Positions 48,427 to 58,061 are shown, counted from the first letter of the stretch. The stretch is DNA of 64,000 nucleotides from Candidatus Latescibacterota bacterium (GCA_965243025.1 CBDETY010000003.1:4800001-4864000), one strand, 5' to 3'. Notes: generated by a model from the sequence alone, not told the origin. Numbers and translations are program-made.

Positions 48427-49728
48427 CTATGAACCGGATCCCGGTTCGTACCAGTCGTTGCGCAGCAGGGGAAAACCGCTGAGACCGTTGCGGCGCTTGA
48501 CCAGCAGGGTCTGATACACACCGCTGTGGCCCGCGGCGAACCAGTGGGCGCATCCGGCCATGTAGAGCCGCCACACCCGGTAGGTCGTCTCCCCGACCTC
48601 CTTCTTCGCCTCCTCCTGCCGCGCCTCGAGACGCCGCACCCAGTGTCTGAGGGTCATGGCGTAGTGCTCGCGCAGGCTCTCGACGTCGCGCGGCTCGAAG
48701 CGGCAGTCCTCCGCGGCGGTGACGACCGACGAGATGGAGGGCAGGTCGCTGTCGGGGAAGACGTAGGTGCGCACGAAGCCGGGCTTGCGGTTGCGCGGCC
48801 GGCCCGGGAGCTCGCCGATCCCGTGGTTGAGGAACACCCCGCCCGGCTTCAGCAGCTCGTAAGCGGCGCCGAAGTACTCGTGCAGCCGTTCCTCGCCGAC
48901 GTGCTCCACCATGCCGATGCTGGCGAGCTTGTCGAACCCGGACTCCTTCAGCTCCCGGTAATCGACCACCTCGGCGCGGCAGCGGTCCTGCAGGCCAGCC
49001 CCGCGGATGCGCTCGTTGGCGAGATCGGCCTGCGGCCGGCTCAGGGTGATGCCGAGGGCCTCGGCTCCGTACTCGCGGGCGGCGTGCATGATCAGCCCGC
49101 CCCACCCGCAGCCGATGTCGAGGAAGCGCTCCCCCGGCTGCAGCCGCAGCTTGCGGCAGATGTAGTCGAGCTTGCGCTCCTGGGCGGCGTCCAGCGACTC
49201 CTCCTGCGAGCCGAAAAGCGCGCAGGAGTAGACCAAGTTGCGGTCGAGCCAGAGGGCGTAGAAGTCGTTGGAAACATTGTAATGGTGGGTGACCGCGGCG
49301 CTGTCGCGCTCGACGGAATGCTCCGAGCCGGACAGCCGCGCCCGCCCGAAGCCGTTCCCGGAGCGCCGGCGGCCCCCGGGCAGACTGAGCAGCCGGCGCC
49401 CGATACGCAGCTTTTCCCAGAAGCTGCGGGGCTGCTCGACCAGCTGTTCCCCGACCGGCATGAGAGCTTCGGCGTCTCCCTCGATATCGTAGTCGTCGTG
49501 GAGATAGCACTCCGCCAGGTTGAGCTCGGTCTGTGTGAGGAACATCTTGCGCAGGGCCCCGGGATGCTTCAGCACGACAGTGCACTTCGCCTCCGTGCCC
49601 GGGTCCGGCTCCCAGGTGGTGCCGTCCCAGAGCCGCATGGCGATGCTGGGCTGGTCGAGCCCGCCGAAGATCTGCCGGATCAGGTCCAGCGTGGTCTCGA
49701 CCGCGGAATCAGCGGCGGCGACAGTCAT
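48427..49728 (-). CDS. cfa: Cyclopropane-fatty-acyl-phospholipid synthase family methyltransferase
   Basis: HHYNVSNDFY, YSCA, LDIGCGWG, GITLS..Q, SIGM.EHVG, YVFP, HYA.TL..W and RVWRLYM motifs. Confidence 0.9.
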   Translation of the reverse strand: MTVAAADSAVETTLDLIRQIFGGLDQPSIAMRLWDGTTWEPDPGTEAKCTVVLKHPGALRKMFLTQTELNLAECYLHDDYDIEGDAEALMPVGEQLVEQPRSFWEKLRIGRRLLSLPGGRRRSGNGFGRARLSGSEHSVERDSAAVTHHYNVSNDFYALWLDRNLVYSCALFGSQEESLDAAQERKLDYICRKLRLQPGERFLDIGCGWGGLIMHAAREYGAEALGITLSRPQADLANERIRGAGLQDRCRAEVVDYRELKESGFDKLASIGMVEHVGEERLHEYFGAAYELLKPGGVFLNHGIGELPGRPRNRKPGFVRTYVFPDSDLPSISSVVTAAEDCRFEPRDVESLREHYAMTLRHWVRRLEARQEEAKKEVGETTYRVWRLYMAGCAHWFAAGHSGVYQTLLVKRRNGLSGFPLLRNDWYEPGSGS

Positions 49729-49747
49729 GACCGCCCATACTCCTTCC

Positions 49748-50305
49748 TCATGGATCTATCAGAACGATTTCGACCTGGGTGAGCATGTCGGAGACCTCGT
49801 CGAACAGGGCGACGAACATCGAGCCTCCGAGCATCGCGAGGTCTACGGAACTACCGGATCGGGAGTCCCCGTCCTCATCGTCCCCGGCGGACAGGCAGCG
49901 CGACGCGAAGGCCATGCCGACCTGCTCCGTCAATCCCGCGGCGCCGATGTGGGAGGTGTTGATGACTTCGGTGTAGAAGTTGAGGCGCTCTTCCAGGCCC
50001 TCGATCGTGCCGTGGCCCGTTCCCTCCGCCACCATCTCCCAGTGCCGGTAGTACTGCTCTGCTATCGCCCAGCGCGCCGGACCGTCCCCCAGCGACATGT
50101 TGAGGGCGAAATCGACGGCGAAGGCGCGCAGAAACAGCAGCTCGGACTGCATCCGCCCCAGGGGGGTGCCGAGGTACTCGGCCAGCTCCTCGAGGGCCGG
50201 CTGCTCGGAGGCCCCCGAAACGCACACTGTCTCCATCAGGAGGGCGCCGATCTCGATCGGCGTCGCGTTCTTTTTCCGGGGTGCTTTGCGGGTCTTTGCG
50301 ATCAC
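49748..50305 (-). CDS. Hypothetical protein
   Basis: 185-aa ORF with protein-like composition, co-oriented and closely spaced upstream of cfa. Confidence 0.6.
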   Translation of the reverse strand: MIAKTRKAPRKKNATPIEIGALLMETVCVSGASEQPALEELAEYLGTPLGRMQSELLFLRAFAVDFALNMSLGDGPARWAIAEQYYRHWEMVAEGTGHGTIEGLEERLNFYTEVINTSHIGAAGLTEQVGMAFASRCLSAGDDEDGDSRSGSSVDLAMLGGSMFVALFDEVSDMLTQVEIVLIDP

Positions 50306-50396
50306 GGTGAAAGGGCCTGCCTGGGGTCGGCGCGAACAGATTCAAGAAGCGGAATTTACCTGTCCCGGGCAACGGCTGGAGCCCGCGTTCCCACGC

Positions 50397-51356
50397 TCAT
50401 TTTGCCGCCCCCTCGATCTTCAGGGCAGCCTTGATTCGACCCCAGGTGGCCTGCCCGACAGCCGTGCCTCCAGCGGGGTCGGCAGGCAGCAGGATACCGT
50501 CCAGAAATGAATCCGCTCGACTGGTAAGCATATCCAGGGTCAGAGAGTCGAACTCGTTACCTGGCTCTATTCCTCTCGGCACCCAGATCTCCGGTTCGGA
50601 ATGGTCCTGGTCGACTGCCGCTACCGCAAACCCGACGGTCTGTCCCGCAGCCAGATCGCTTACCACGTTGTCTACCCCGTTTTCCAGGAAATCGGAGTCC
50701 CACCGGTCAAATGGGGTCACGTACAACTCGATCACACTGATCGTGGGTGCTTCTCCGGCTACGCCTCCGCCACTGTCTCCATAAGGCGGAAGCACGGTCC
50801 AGGGAAATTCCTCTATCGTATTTCGGGTGCGCGGGTCATCCAAGGTGGGCCCGCTGACTGTACTGGCAATGGCCTCGTAATGCTGGGCGTTCCCTCGATG
50901 GTTCAACCAATCATCCGGCGTGCCTGCAAAACCCGCACCCCCACTGTGGTCTCCATCGATCGTCAGCATCATCATGTCATTTTCGAACATGAGATCCTGG
51001 AATCCATCCCCACTGAAGTCGTGAGTGTTGATGTACACGTCGTCGCTGGCCACGAACGCCACGTAGAAGCGAGCCGGATCGTCGTGCCAGGCCAGCCAGA
51101 TGCGGAAGTCCAGGTCGGAAGGATCGAGCGGCAGGTCTCCTCTTTCCTCTTCGAAATCCAGCAGGGTCATGCCAGGCTCGCCGATCAGGTCGAACCACTC
51201 CTCTATCAGGCCGTCATCAAGCCGAATCTCCGCCAACATTTCGTCGGTGAGACAGGTAATCGGAAACACTCGCTCCCCGCTATGGGCGTTGGCTGAAACC
51301 ACTATCCAGAAAAGCACCCCGATCGCAGCGCACCATTTTTTCCGGTCAAGGCCCAT
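50397..51356 (-). CDS. Secreted CBM9/DOMON-like protein with a C-terminal TWGxIK motif
   Basis: Signal peptide (SANA/HSG), 'FRIWLAW', 'FYVAFVASDD', 'TIDGDHSG', 'VGFAVAAVDQD'; ends TAVGQATWGRIKA. Confidence 0.7.
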   Translation of the reverse strand: MGLDRKKWCAAIGVLFWIVVSANAHSGERVFPITCLTDEMLAEIRLDDGLIEEWFDLIGEPGMTLLDFEEERGDLPLDPSDLDFRIWLAWHDDPARFYVAFVASDDVYINTHDFSGDGFQDLMFENDMMMLTIDGDHSGGAGFAGTPDDWLNHRGNAQHYEAIASTVSGPTLDDPRTRNTIEEFPWTVLPPYGDSGGGVAGEAPTISVIELYVTPFDRWDSDFLENGVDNVVSDLAAGQTVGFAVAAVDQDHSEPEIWVPRGIEPGNEFDSLTLDMLTSRADSFLDGILLPADPAGGTAVGQATWGRIKAALKIEGAAK

Positions 51357-51534
51357 GAAATTCCGTCACTTCAAGCCACGGAGGGGGCAACAGACAGGAC
51401 ACTTGAGAGCAAACCCCGAGTGTGCGACCGACCCCGGCCCCAATGGCGAGACCATCCGCGTTGCCTTCCCCTGGCAGGTCCGCGCAACTGGTTTCTCCAA
51501 GAAAACCGATGCTGACGTGGAAAGCGGATCAGCC

Positions 51535-51948
51535 CTACTCCGAAGTGTCCGGCGGCACCTCGATTTCCAGCTCCTCGTCGAGGTCGGGAACACCGATGCG
51601 CTCCCCCATGCGCTCCAGCCAGCTGTTCTCCAGCCGCTGGAGGTACCTGGTCGCGGCCGTCAGCTCCTGGCCCTTCTGGGTGATCATGCGCTCGTACAGA
51701 GTCTCGCCGATCACCCCCTCACGGCGCGCTTCTTTCAGCTCCTCCGCTTCCTCTTTCAGCTGATACAGGAGCGTGACGTGCTGCATCACCTCCTGTTCGA
51801 GGCGATTCAGGGTGGCGTCGACATCGATACCGGAGGCGATCTTCCTCGCTTTCTGAAGGCTGTAATCGTGCTCGAAACGCAGGTGCCCGTTCAGTCCCCG
51901 CAGGGAGACCCTTTTTCCACATTCAGGACATATTACCTGGATTTCCAC
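51535..51948 (-). CDS. Hypothetical protein with an N-terminal C2H2-like zinc finger and a coiled coil
   Basis: Probable GTG start at 51948; CPECGKRVSLRGLNGHLRFEH followed by Glu/Leu-rich helices. Confidence 0.6.
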   Translation of the reverse strand: MEIQVICPECGKRVSLRGLNGHLRFEHDYSLQKARKIASGIDVDATLNRLEQEVMQHVTLLYQLKEEAEELKEARREGVIGETLYERMITQKGQELTAATRYLQRLENSWLERMGERIGVPDLDEELEIEVPPDTSE

Positions 51949-52189
51949 GGTTTGTCCGCTTCCCTTCGGTTGGCCGCGAGAGCCCCCGGGGGGTTGCCCG
52001 AATGAGTGCCGTGCCCCGCGCCGGAATGCCTTCGTGAATATACGGTACAGGGGCGCGCCGGTACGGGGACGGGTAGCCGCATCCCCTTCCAGCGCTTGTG
52101 CTTCCGATCCCCGACGCCTTGACCACCGCGAGCCTCGCCGGTAGGTTGGTGCCTCGCTTTCGAAAAACTCCACCTCGCCCTTCAGACCT

Positions 52190-53191
52190 GTGCAGCCCCT
52201 CAAAAAACCTTACCTGCTGTTCCTCGGAGACGCGGCCGACCAGCTGGCAGCCAAGACCGCCGGCGGCATAGCCTACTGGCGGCCCGACTGGTGCGTCGGC
52301 CAGCTGCGGCTCGACGGCTGCCGCGCCGACCTCGGCCTGCAGGATCTCACCCTGGAAGAAGGGCGCGCCGCCGGGGCGCGCACCCTGATCGTCGGGGTCG
52401 CCAACCGCGGGGGCGTCATCTCCGACGAGTGGATGACCTCCCTTTCCGGGGCCCTCGATCTGGGGTACGCCATCGCCAGCGGGCTGCACACCAGGCTGTC
52501 GCAGATCCCCGCGCTCGCCGAAGCGGCTGCCGCCAGGGGCCTCGACCTCGTCGACGCGCGCTACCCGGAGGTCGATCTACCGATCGGGAACGGCGTCCGC
52601 CGCAGCGGAAAGCGGCTGCTCACCGTCGGAACCGACGTCTCCTGCGGCAAGATGTTCACCGCCCTGGCGATCGAGAAGGAAATGCGCGCCCGCCGAATCC
52701 CTGCCGACTTCCGGGCCACCGGACAGACGGGAATCTTCATAGCCGGAAGCGGCATCTCCGTCGACGCCGTGATCGCCGACTTCATTTCCGGAGCCGCGGA
52801 ACTGCTGAGCCCGGACGCCGCTCCCGATCACTGGGACCTCGTGGAGGGCCAGGGATCGCTGTTTCACGCCTCCTACGCCGGCGTCACCCTGGGGCTCATC
52901 CACGGCTCGCAGCCGGACCGGCTGGTGCTCTGCCACGACCCGGGCCGGGAGCACATGCGGGGGCTGCCAGGCTACCCGCTCCCCTCCCTGGCGGCCTGCG
53001 TCGACCTCAACGAACGCACCGCCCGCCTCACCAACCCCGACTGCCGGGTTGCGGGCATTTCCATCAACACGTCGAAGCTCGACGACAGCGGGGCCGAATC
53101 GCTTCTGGCCGCGATCGAAGGGGAAACCGGACTGCCGACGGTCGACGCCTGCCGCCACGGGGCCGGCCGGCTGGTCGACGCGCTTCAGTAG
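52190..53191 (+). CDS. dgcN: DUF1611 family N-acetyltransferase, DgcN-like
   Basis: KPYLLFLGD, AKTA.G..YWRP, SGLH, RLLTVGTD.SCGKM.T, ATGQTG, DF.SGA.E and EGQGSL.H motifs. Confidence 0.85.
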   Translation: MQPLKKPYLLFLGDAADQLAAKTAGGIAYWRPDWCVGQLRLDGCRADLGLQDLTLEEGRAAGARTLIVGVANRGGVISDEWMTSLSGALDLGYAIASGLHTRLSQIPALAEAAAARGLDLVDARYPEVDLPIGNGVRRSGKRLLTVGTDVSCGKMFTALAIEKEMRARRIPADFRATGQTGIFIAGSGISVDAVIADFISGAAELLSPDAAPDHWDLVEGQGSLFHASYAGVTLGLIHGSQPDRLVLCHDPGREHMRGLPGYPLPSLAACVDLNERTARLTNPDCRVAGISINTSKLDDSGAESLLAAIEGETGLPTVDACRHGAGRLVDALQ

Positions 53192-53198
53192 CGCCGGC

Positions 53199-54191
53199 GT
53201 GGCATCCCTCGAGCTGCGCGTACGCACCGAGAGCTGGCCGATCGCCGGCAGTTTCGCGATCTCCCGGGGCGCCAAGACTTCTGCCGATGTAGTGGTCGTC
53301 GAGCTGTCCGACGGACGCGGGGCCACGGGCCGCGGGGAATGCGTTCCCTACGCGCGATACGGCGAGTCCCTCGAGAGGGTTGTCGCCGCGGTCGAGGGGC
53401 TCCGAGGCGAGCTGGCCTCCGGCCGCACGGGCCGCGCCGAACTGCAGGGCTCCCTGCCCGCGGGAGCGGCGCGCAACGCCCTCGACTGCGCCTTCTGGGA
53501 CTTGGAAGCCCGCCTCCATGACCTGCGCGTGTACGAGCTCGCAGGCCTGCCGCCGCCGAAGCCGGTGGCCACCGCCTACACCCTGAGCCTCGACACCCCC
53601 GAGGCGATGGGACGGGCGGCAGCCTCCCACCGGGAGCGCCCCCTCCTGAAGGTCAAGCTCGGCGGAGAAAGCGATATCGAGCGGGTCGCCGCCATCCGCG
53701 AGAACGCCCCGGAATCCCGGCTGATCGTCGACGCCAACGAAGGGTGGTCGGCTGCCGGGCTGGAAGAATCGGGCAGCCGGCTGGCCGGGCTCGGTGTCGC
53801 CCTCATCGAGCAGCCTCTCCCGGCCGCCGACGATGCCGTCCTCGAGCGGCTCGAGCACCCGGTGCCGCTGTGTGCCGACGAGTCCTGCCACACCAGCGCC
53901 GACGTCGAGCGCCTCGCCGGCCGCTACGAGTTCGTCAACGTCAAGCTCGACAAGACCGGCGGCCTGACCGAGGCCCTGGCCGTCGTCGCGGCCGCCCGGA
54001 ACGCCTCCCTCGGTGTGCTGGTCGGATGCATGGTGGGAACTTCCCTGGCAATGGCCCCGGCGGCGCTGCTGGCCGGGGACGCCGAATTCGTGGACCTCGA
54101 CGGCCCGCTGCTGCTGCGGAGAGACCGCAACCCCGGGCTGCGCTACGAGGGCAGCCTGCTGCATCCTCCCGCCCGGGAACTCTGGGGATGA
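53199..54191 (+). CDS. dgcA: N-acetyl-D-Glu racemase DgcA / L-Ala-D/L-Glu epimerase family
   Basis: F.ISRG.K, GECVPYARYGES, AARNALDCA.WDL, LKVKLG, DANEGW, EQP, ADES, KLDKTGG, GCM and DLDGP motifs; adjacent to dgcN. Confidence 0.82.
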   Translation: MASLELRVRTESWPIAGSFAISRGAKTSADVVVVELSDGRGATGRGECVPYARYGESLERVVAAVEGLRGELASGRTGRAELQGSLPAGAARNALDCAFWDLEARLHDLRVYELAGLPPPKPVATAYTLSLDTPEAMGRAAASHRERPLLKVKLGGESDIERVAAIRENAPESRLIVDANEGWSAAGLEESGSRLAGLGVALIEQPLPAADDAVLERLEHPVPLCADESCHTSADVERLAGRYEFVNVKLDKTGGLTEALAVVAAARNASLGVLVGCMVGTSLAMAPAALLAGDAEFVDLDGPLLLRRDRNPGLRYEGSLLHPPARELWG

Positions 54192-54391
54192 TCCCCCCCT
54201 CGAGAAGCCGGGATCTGAGCTGCCTCTCCCGCCCGAGCCGGGTATACAGTCACCAGGGCAAGCTGCACGCTGCTTGAGGACAGCACAGGCGCGAGTGCAG
54301 CGACGCCTCCCAAGGTGCCTGAGGGAGTTCCCGCGGGGGTTGTACTGCGAAGGAGAACGCAGCGAGATCTTCAGGGGCCGGCGCCAAATCC

Positions 54392-55009
54392 TTACCCGCC
54401 CGCGAGGGCGAGCAGCTGCCGGAGGTGGCCGACCGCGTAGTCGGCGAACTGCGGCCACGGGAACCGCCCGGTGACGTCGAAGTGGACGGTCGTGACCTCG
54501 GCAGCCCTTCCCGCCTGCAGGTCGTACAGGTAGTCCCCGACGACGACCGCGGCGGCGGCGGTCGCCCTCCAGTGCCGCAGCAGGTGGTGCACCCCGGCCG
54601 GGTCCGGTTTCGGGGCGCAGGTTTCGCGCGCGACGATGGCGCCGTCGTTGAAATACGGCATCAGGCCTGCGGCGACCAGGGTTTCCCTGGCGGCCGGGGC
54701 GGTGTTGCGCGTCAGGATGCCGATGTTCCGCCCGCCCTCGCGCAGGTGGGCGAGAAGCTCGGCGGCCCCTTCCTGGGCGACGGCGTTGGCCGCGATTTCA
54801 AGCTCTATTTCGGCGAGCCGTTGGTTGGCCCTTTCCGCTTCCTCCGCCGGCAGGGTCGCCAGCGTCTCCAGCAAGGGCTTCCCCGCGGGCACTCCGAGCT
54901 CGCTGCGGATTGCGTCGAAGTCGTGGGCGGCCACGGTCAGGGTGCCGTCCATGTCGAAAACCCAGTGGCCGCGGCCGGCCAGGGGCGACTGGGGGGAATC
55001 CGGTTTCAT
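54392..55009 (-). CDS. HAD-superfamily hydrolase
   Basis: WVFDMDGTL, LTRN, KPDP and VGDY..D motifs. Confidence 0.9.
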   Translation of the reverse strand: MKPDSPQSPLAGRGHWVFDMDGTLTVAAHDFDAIRSELGVPAGKPLLETLATLPAEEAERANQRLAEIELEIAANAVAQEGAAELLAHLREGGRNIGILTRNTAPAARETLVAAGLMPYFNDGAIVARETCAPKPDPAGVHHLLRHWRATAAAAVVVGDYLYDLQAGRAAEVTTVHFDVTGRFPWPQFADYAVGHLRQLLALAGG

Positions 55010-55223
55010 GAGGTGCCGTGTCGACCCCGCCCGGGGGAACGCCGGCCAACGGCACGGTCGGCGACGGCATAGCCGCGGCCGGCTCCCCGGGAAGTGCAGG
55101 AATCCTGCGTCCGGCGCGGTTGCCGGACGCGCTGCAGAAGAGTATGCCCCCTTCCGAAAGAATGGCAAACCAGGGCGCCGCCCCGTATTCTTTCGCATTC
55201 ACCATTCATTCCAGGAACTGGTC

Positions 55224-56108
55224 ATGGCAAACGAATACGCCGAGTTCGAAGTCGTCGTCGAGAAACCAGCCCGCCTGGGCGAGGGGGCTGTCTGGGACCC
55301 GCAGCGCAAGCTTCTCCTGTGGGTGAGCATCCTCGACCACGAGCTCTATCTCTACGACCCCGAAACGGGCTCCAACCGTGCCATCCCGACATGCCAGGCG
55401 GTCGGAACCGTGGTCCCCCATGCCGGCGCCGGCGTCGTGATCGCCCTCCACAACGGGATCGCCACCCTCGACCTCCAGTCGGAGAAGATCGCACCGATCG
55501 TCGATCCGGAGCGGGACATCCCCGGCAACCGCTTCAACGACGGCAAGTGCGATCCGGCGGGACGCCTGTGGGCGGGAACCATGGCCTTCGACGCCACACC
55601 GGACGCGGGAGCTCTCTACTGTCTGGATACGGACCGTACCCTGACCCGGAAGATTTCACCTGTGACGATCTCGAACGGCATCGTCTGGAACGGGGCTTGC
55701 GACACCATGTTCTACATCGACACCGCCGCCAACAACGTCCGCGCCTACGATTACGACATCGACAGCGGCGAGATCGGCAACGAGCGCGTAGTGGTCGTCA
55801 ACGAGGCTGACGGCGGATTCGACGGCATGGCGATCGACGCCGAGGACAACCTCTGGATCGCCGTGTACCAGGGATCGGGGGTGCGCTGTTACGATCCGGC
55901 GTCGGGCGCAATGATTCGCGAGCTCAGGCTGCCGGTGAGCAACGTGACCTCCTGCGCCTTCGGGGGTGAAGAGCTCGATGATCTCTACGTCACCTGCGCC
56001 CGCGAGGGCCTCGACGAGGAGGCGCTGGGCGGGCAACCCCTGGCCGGCTCTCTGTTCCGCCTGAAGCCCGGGGCAGAGGGCGTCCCTTCCTACTCCTACG
56101 CCGGCTGA
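55224..56108 (+). CDS. SMP-30/gluconolactonase/LRE family protein
   Basis: LGEGAVWD, RFNDGKCDPAGRLWAGTM, ISNG, DGMAID and TSCAFGG motifs. Confidence 0.93.
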   Translation: MANEYAEFEVVVEKPARLGEGAVWDPQRKLLLWVSILDHELYLYDPETGSNRAIPTCQAVGTVVPHAGAGVVIALHNGIATLDLQSEKIAPIVDPERDIPGNRFNDGKCDPAGRLWAGTMAFDATPDAGALYCLDTDRTLTRKISPVTISNGIVWNGACDTMFYIDTAANNVRAYDYDIDSGEIGNERVVVVNEADGGFDGMAIDAEDNLWIAVYQGSGVRCYDPASGAMIRELRLPVSNVTSCAFGGEELDDLYVTCAREGLDEEALGGQPLAGSLFRLKPGAEGVPSYSYAG

Positions 56109-56335
56109 GGGACCGTAAGCCACAGGCTGGCCCTTTGGAGCCGGCGGCCCCATGGAAACCGCGGCCGCCTTCCTGCGGCACACCGACGCGGCAAGCTCCT
56201 GGTTTCCGGACCATTCCACCGGTATCCCCCCCGGGAGAAGCCGGGGCTCGGCCGCCGATGCACCTGACTGGCGGCGGCCCGACGATGGCCACCCCACCGA
56301 ACCGGGAGCTTCCGCCCCTGCCTGTCCGTTGAGCC

Positions 56336-57106
56336 TCAGCTCAGCGCTTCTTCTACGGCCTCCCGGCTTCTCCTCAGGGCATCGGCCGGGTCGGGGAGTT
56401 CGGGGTTCAACTCGAGACTGACCGGACCGTCGTAGCCGACCGACGGCAGGGCTGCCAGGGTGCGGCGCAGCGTTTCCCTGGTCAGCACCCCGTCGAACAG
56501 CCCCAGGTGGGAGTCGTCGACGCCGTTGTTGTCGTCGAGGTGGACGTACCCCAGCCGCGGCCCTGCGGCTTCGATCGCCCCCGCCGGATCCTCCTCCGAC
56601 ATCTGCGCGTGCCCAAGGTCGAACAACAGGTAGAGATTGGGGTGATCGATCTCCACCAGGAGGTCGAGGGTGGCTGCCACGGTCGGGAGGGCGCGGCCGG
56701 GGAAATGCTCCACCGCCAGCCGCAGGCCGCGCTGTTGCGCGAGCCCGGCGGCCTCGCCGAGGGCCGCTGCATACCTTGCGAAGTCCCCCACCGCCTCCCC
56801 GCCGGGCACGATGTAGGCGGTGCCCGCCCGGTGCGAGGCGGCGTACTCGAAGGCGATGTCGAGCTGGCCCAGCGCCGCGCTCACGACGGCTCGGTCGGAC
56901 GACTCGAGGGACAGGTCGTCGTGAACGCCGGCGGAAGCCGCGACGCAGCGGACTTCCAGACCGGCGGAGGCCAGCTGGTTTCTTCCCCTCTCCCCGGCAA
57001 AGGCGAAGGGCCGCAGGTCCACCGATTCGAAGCCGAGGCCGGCGACCTGGCCGGCCACTCCGGAAGGGGTCCCGGACAAAGCCCAGGCACAGCAGGACAG
57101 GTTCAT
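56336..57106 (-). CDS. Sugar phosphate isomerase/epimerase (xylose isomerase-like TIM barrel)
   Basis: LAVEH, LFDLGH, YVHLDDN, H...G and GYDG.VSLE metal-binding motifs. Confidence 0.85.
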   Translation of the reverse strand: MNLSCCAWALSGTPSGVAGQVAGLGFESVDLRPFAFAGERGRNQLASAGLEVRCVAASAGVHDDLSLESSDRAVVSAALGQLDIAFEYAASHRAGTAYIVPGGEAVGDFARYAAALGEAAGLAQQRGLRLAVEHFPGRALPTVAATLDLLVEIDHPNLYLLFDLGHAQMSEEDPAGAIEAAGPRLGYVHLDDNNGVDDSHLGLFDGVLTRETLRRTLAALPSVGYDGPVSLELNPELPDPADALRRSREAVEEALS

Positions 57107-57224
57107 TCTTCCGAGGTCTCCTGGCAGGGGGTGGGACGGACAACAGGCAACCGGGTCCGGAGTTCTCAAGGCCGCCCCCGAAAAAGCCGGGCGGCCCGAT
57201 TCACGTCGATACCGGCCTGCGGCC

Positions 57225-57956
57225 CTACTGAACCACCGGGTCGTGATCCTGCGCCGAGGGGGGCGCGAGCAGCCGCTGCTGCTGTGCCGTAAGCTCTCCG
57301 ACATCGCAACCGCCGTACCAGTCCCTTGCCCACGACGAGTGGCCCGGACTGTACTTGAACAGCAGAGTCCGCCGCTCCGTCGAGGAACGCCAGGGCATCG
57401 TGCCGTGAATCACCGCCTCGGTGAAAATCAGGGCATCCCCCGCTTCAACCGGCGGCTGGACCACGTACTCGACGGGGCGTTCGAAGGAACGCACCTCTTC
57501 CGGGATGTCGCCCGCATCGAAGTTGCTCTTGTGGCTGCCGGGCACGCAGGCGAAGCCGCCGGCGCCCCCGGGGGCAGGGGTCAGGAACCAGGTGACCACG
57601 GTCAGGCCGTTGGACATCCTGCCGTTGCGGTAGCGATACCAGTGGGTGTAACCGGTTCCGCCGTGGAGCCCCCCTCGTTTTTCCCCTTCATCCATGAAGA
57701 GCGCGTAGTCGTGGTCGAGGCGGACGCGGTCGCCGAGAAGCTCCACGAGACAAGGCAGGATCCTCGGGTGATCGATCAGCCGTTTCACCGGCTCGCCCCA
57801 AGGCAGAACCGACCACTCCCCCTTTTCGTTTTGCTCTCCGTAGGGGTACCTCTCGTCGGCGACGCGGTTGATCCCGGCAACCTCCTCCCGGGACAGCGCG
57901 TTCCTGATGACGAGATACCCCTCGAGGTCGAACTGGAAGCGTTCTTCGTCGTTCAT
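57225..57956 (-). CDS. PhyH-family dioxygenase-like protein
   Basis: FDLEGYLVI.NAL, RLDH, LHGG, GGFACVPGSHKSN and FTEA.IHGT.PW motifs. Confidence 0.85.
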   Translation of the reverse strand: MNDEERFQFDLEGYLVIRNALSREEVAGINRVADERYPYGEQNEKGEWSVLPWGEPVKRLIDHPRILPCLVELLGDRVRLDHDYALFMDEGEKRGGLHGGTGYTHWYRYRNGRMSNGLTVVTWFLTPAPGGAGGFACVPGSHKSNFDAGDIPEEVRSFERPVEYVVQPPVEAGDALIFTEAVIHGTMPWRSSTERRTLLFKYSPGHSSWARDWYGGCDVGELTAQQQRLLAPPSAQDHDPVVQ

Positions 57957-57999
57957 TCCATCCGCTTTTCGGTTTTCCGTCCCCTTGACCTTTCCCCGG

Positions 58000-58035
58000 G
58001 AAACCGCTCCTCGGGGTGAAACCGCTCCTCGGGGT
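58000..58035. repeat. Exact 18-bp tandem duplication
   Basis: GAAACCGCTCCTCGGGGT twice, at 58000-58017 and 58018-58035, in an intergenic region. Confidence 0.9.
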
Positions 58036-58061
58036 AAGGAATGGGATTCCCGCCTCGGGGT

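Noticed and set aside
56109-56335. Small ORFs 56135..56332 and 56152..56421
   Set aside because: They have no recognisable motifs, are Pro/Arg-rich and lie between convergent genes, so they are probably non-coding.
58000-58035. CRISPR array
   Set aside because: There are only two adjacent 18-bp units, with no spacers and no cas genes.
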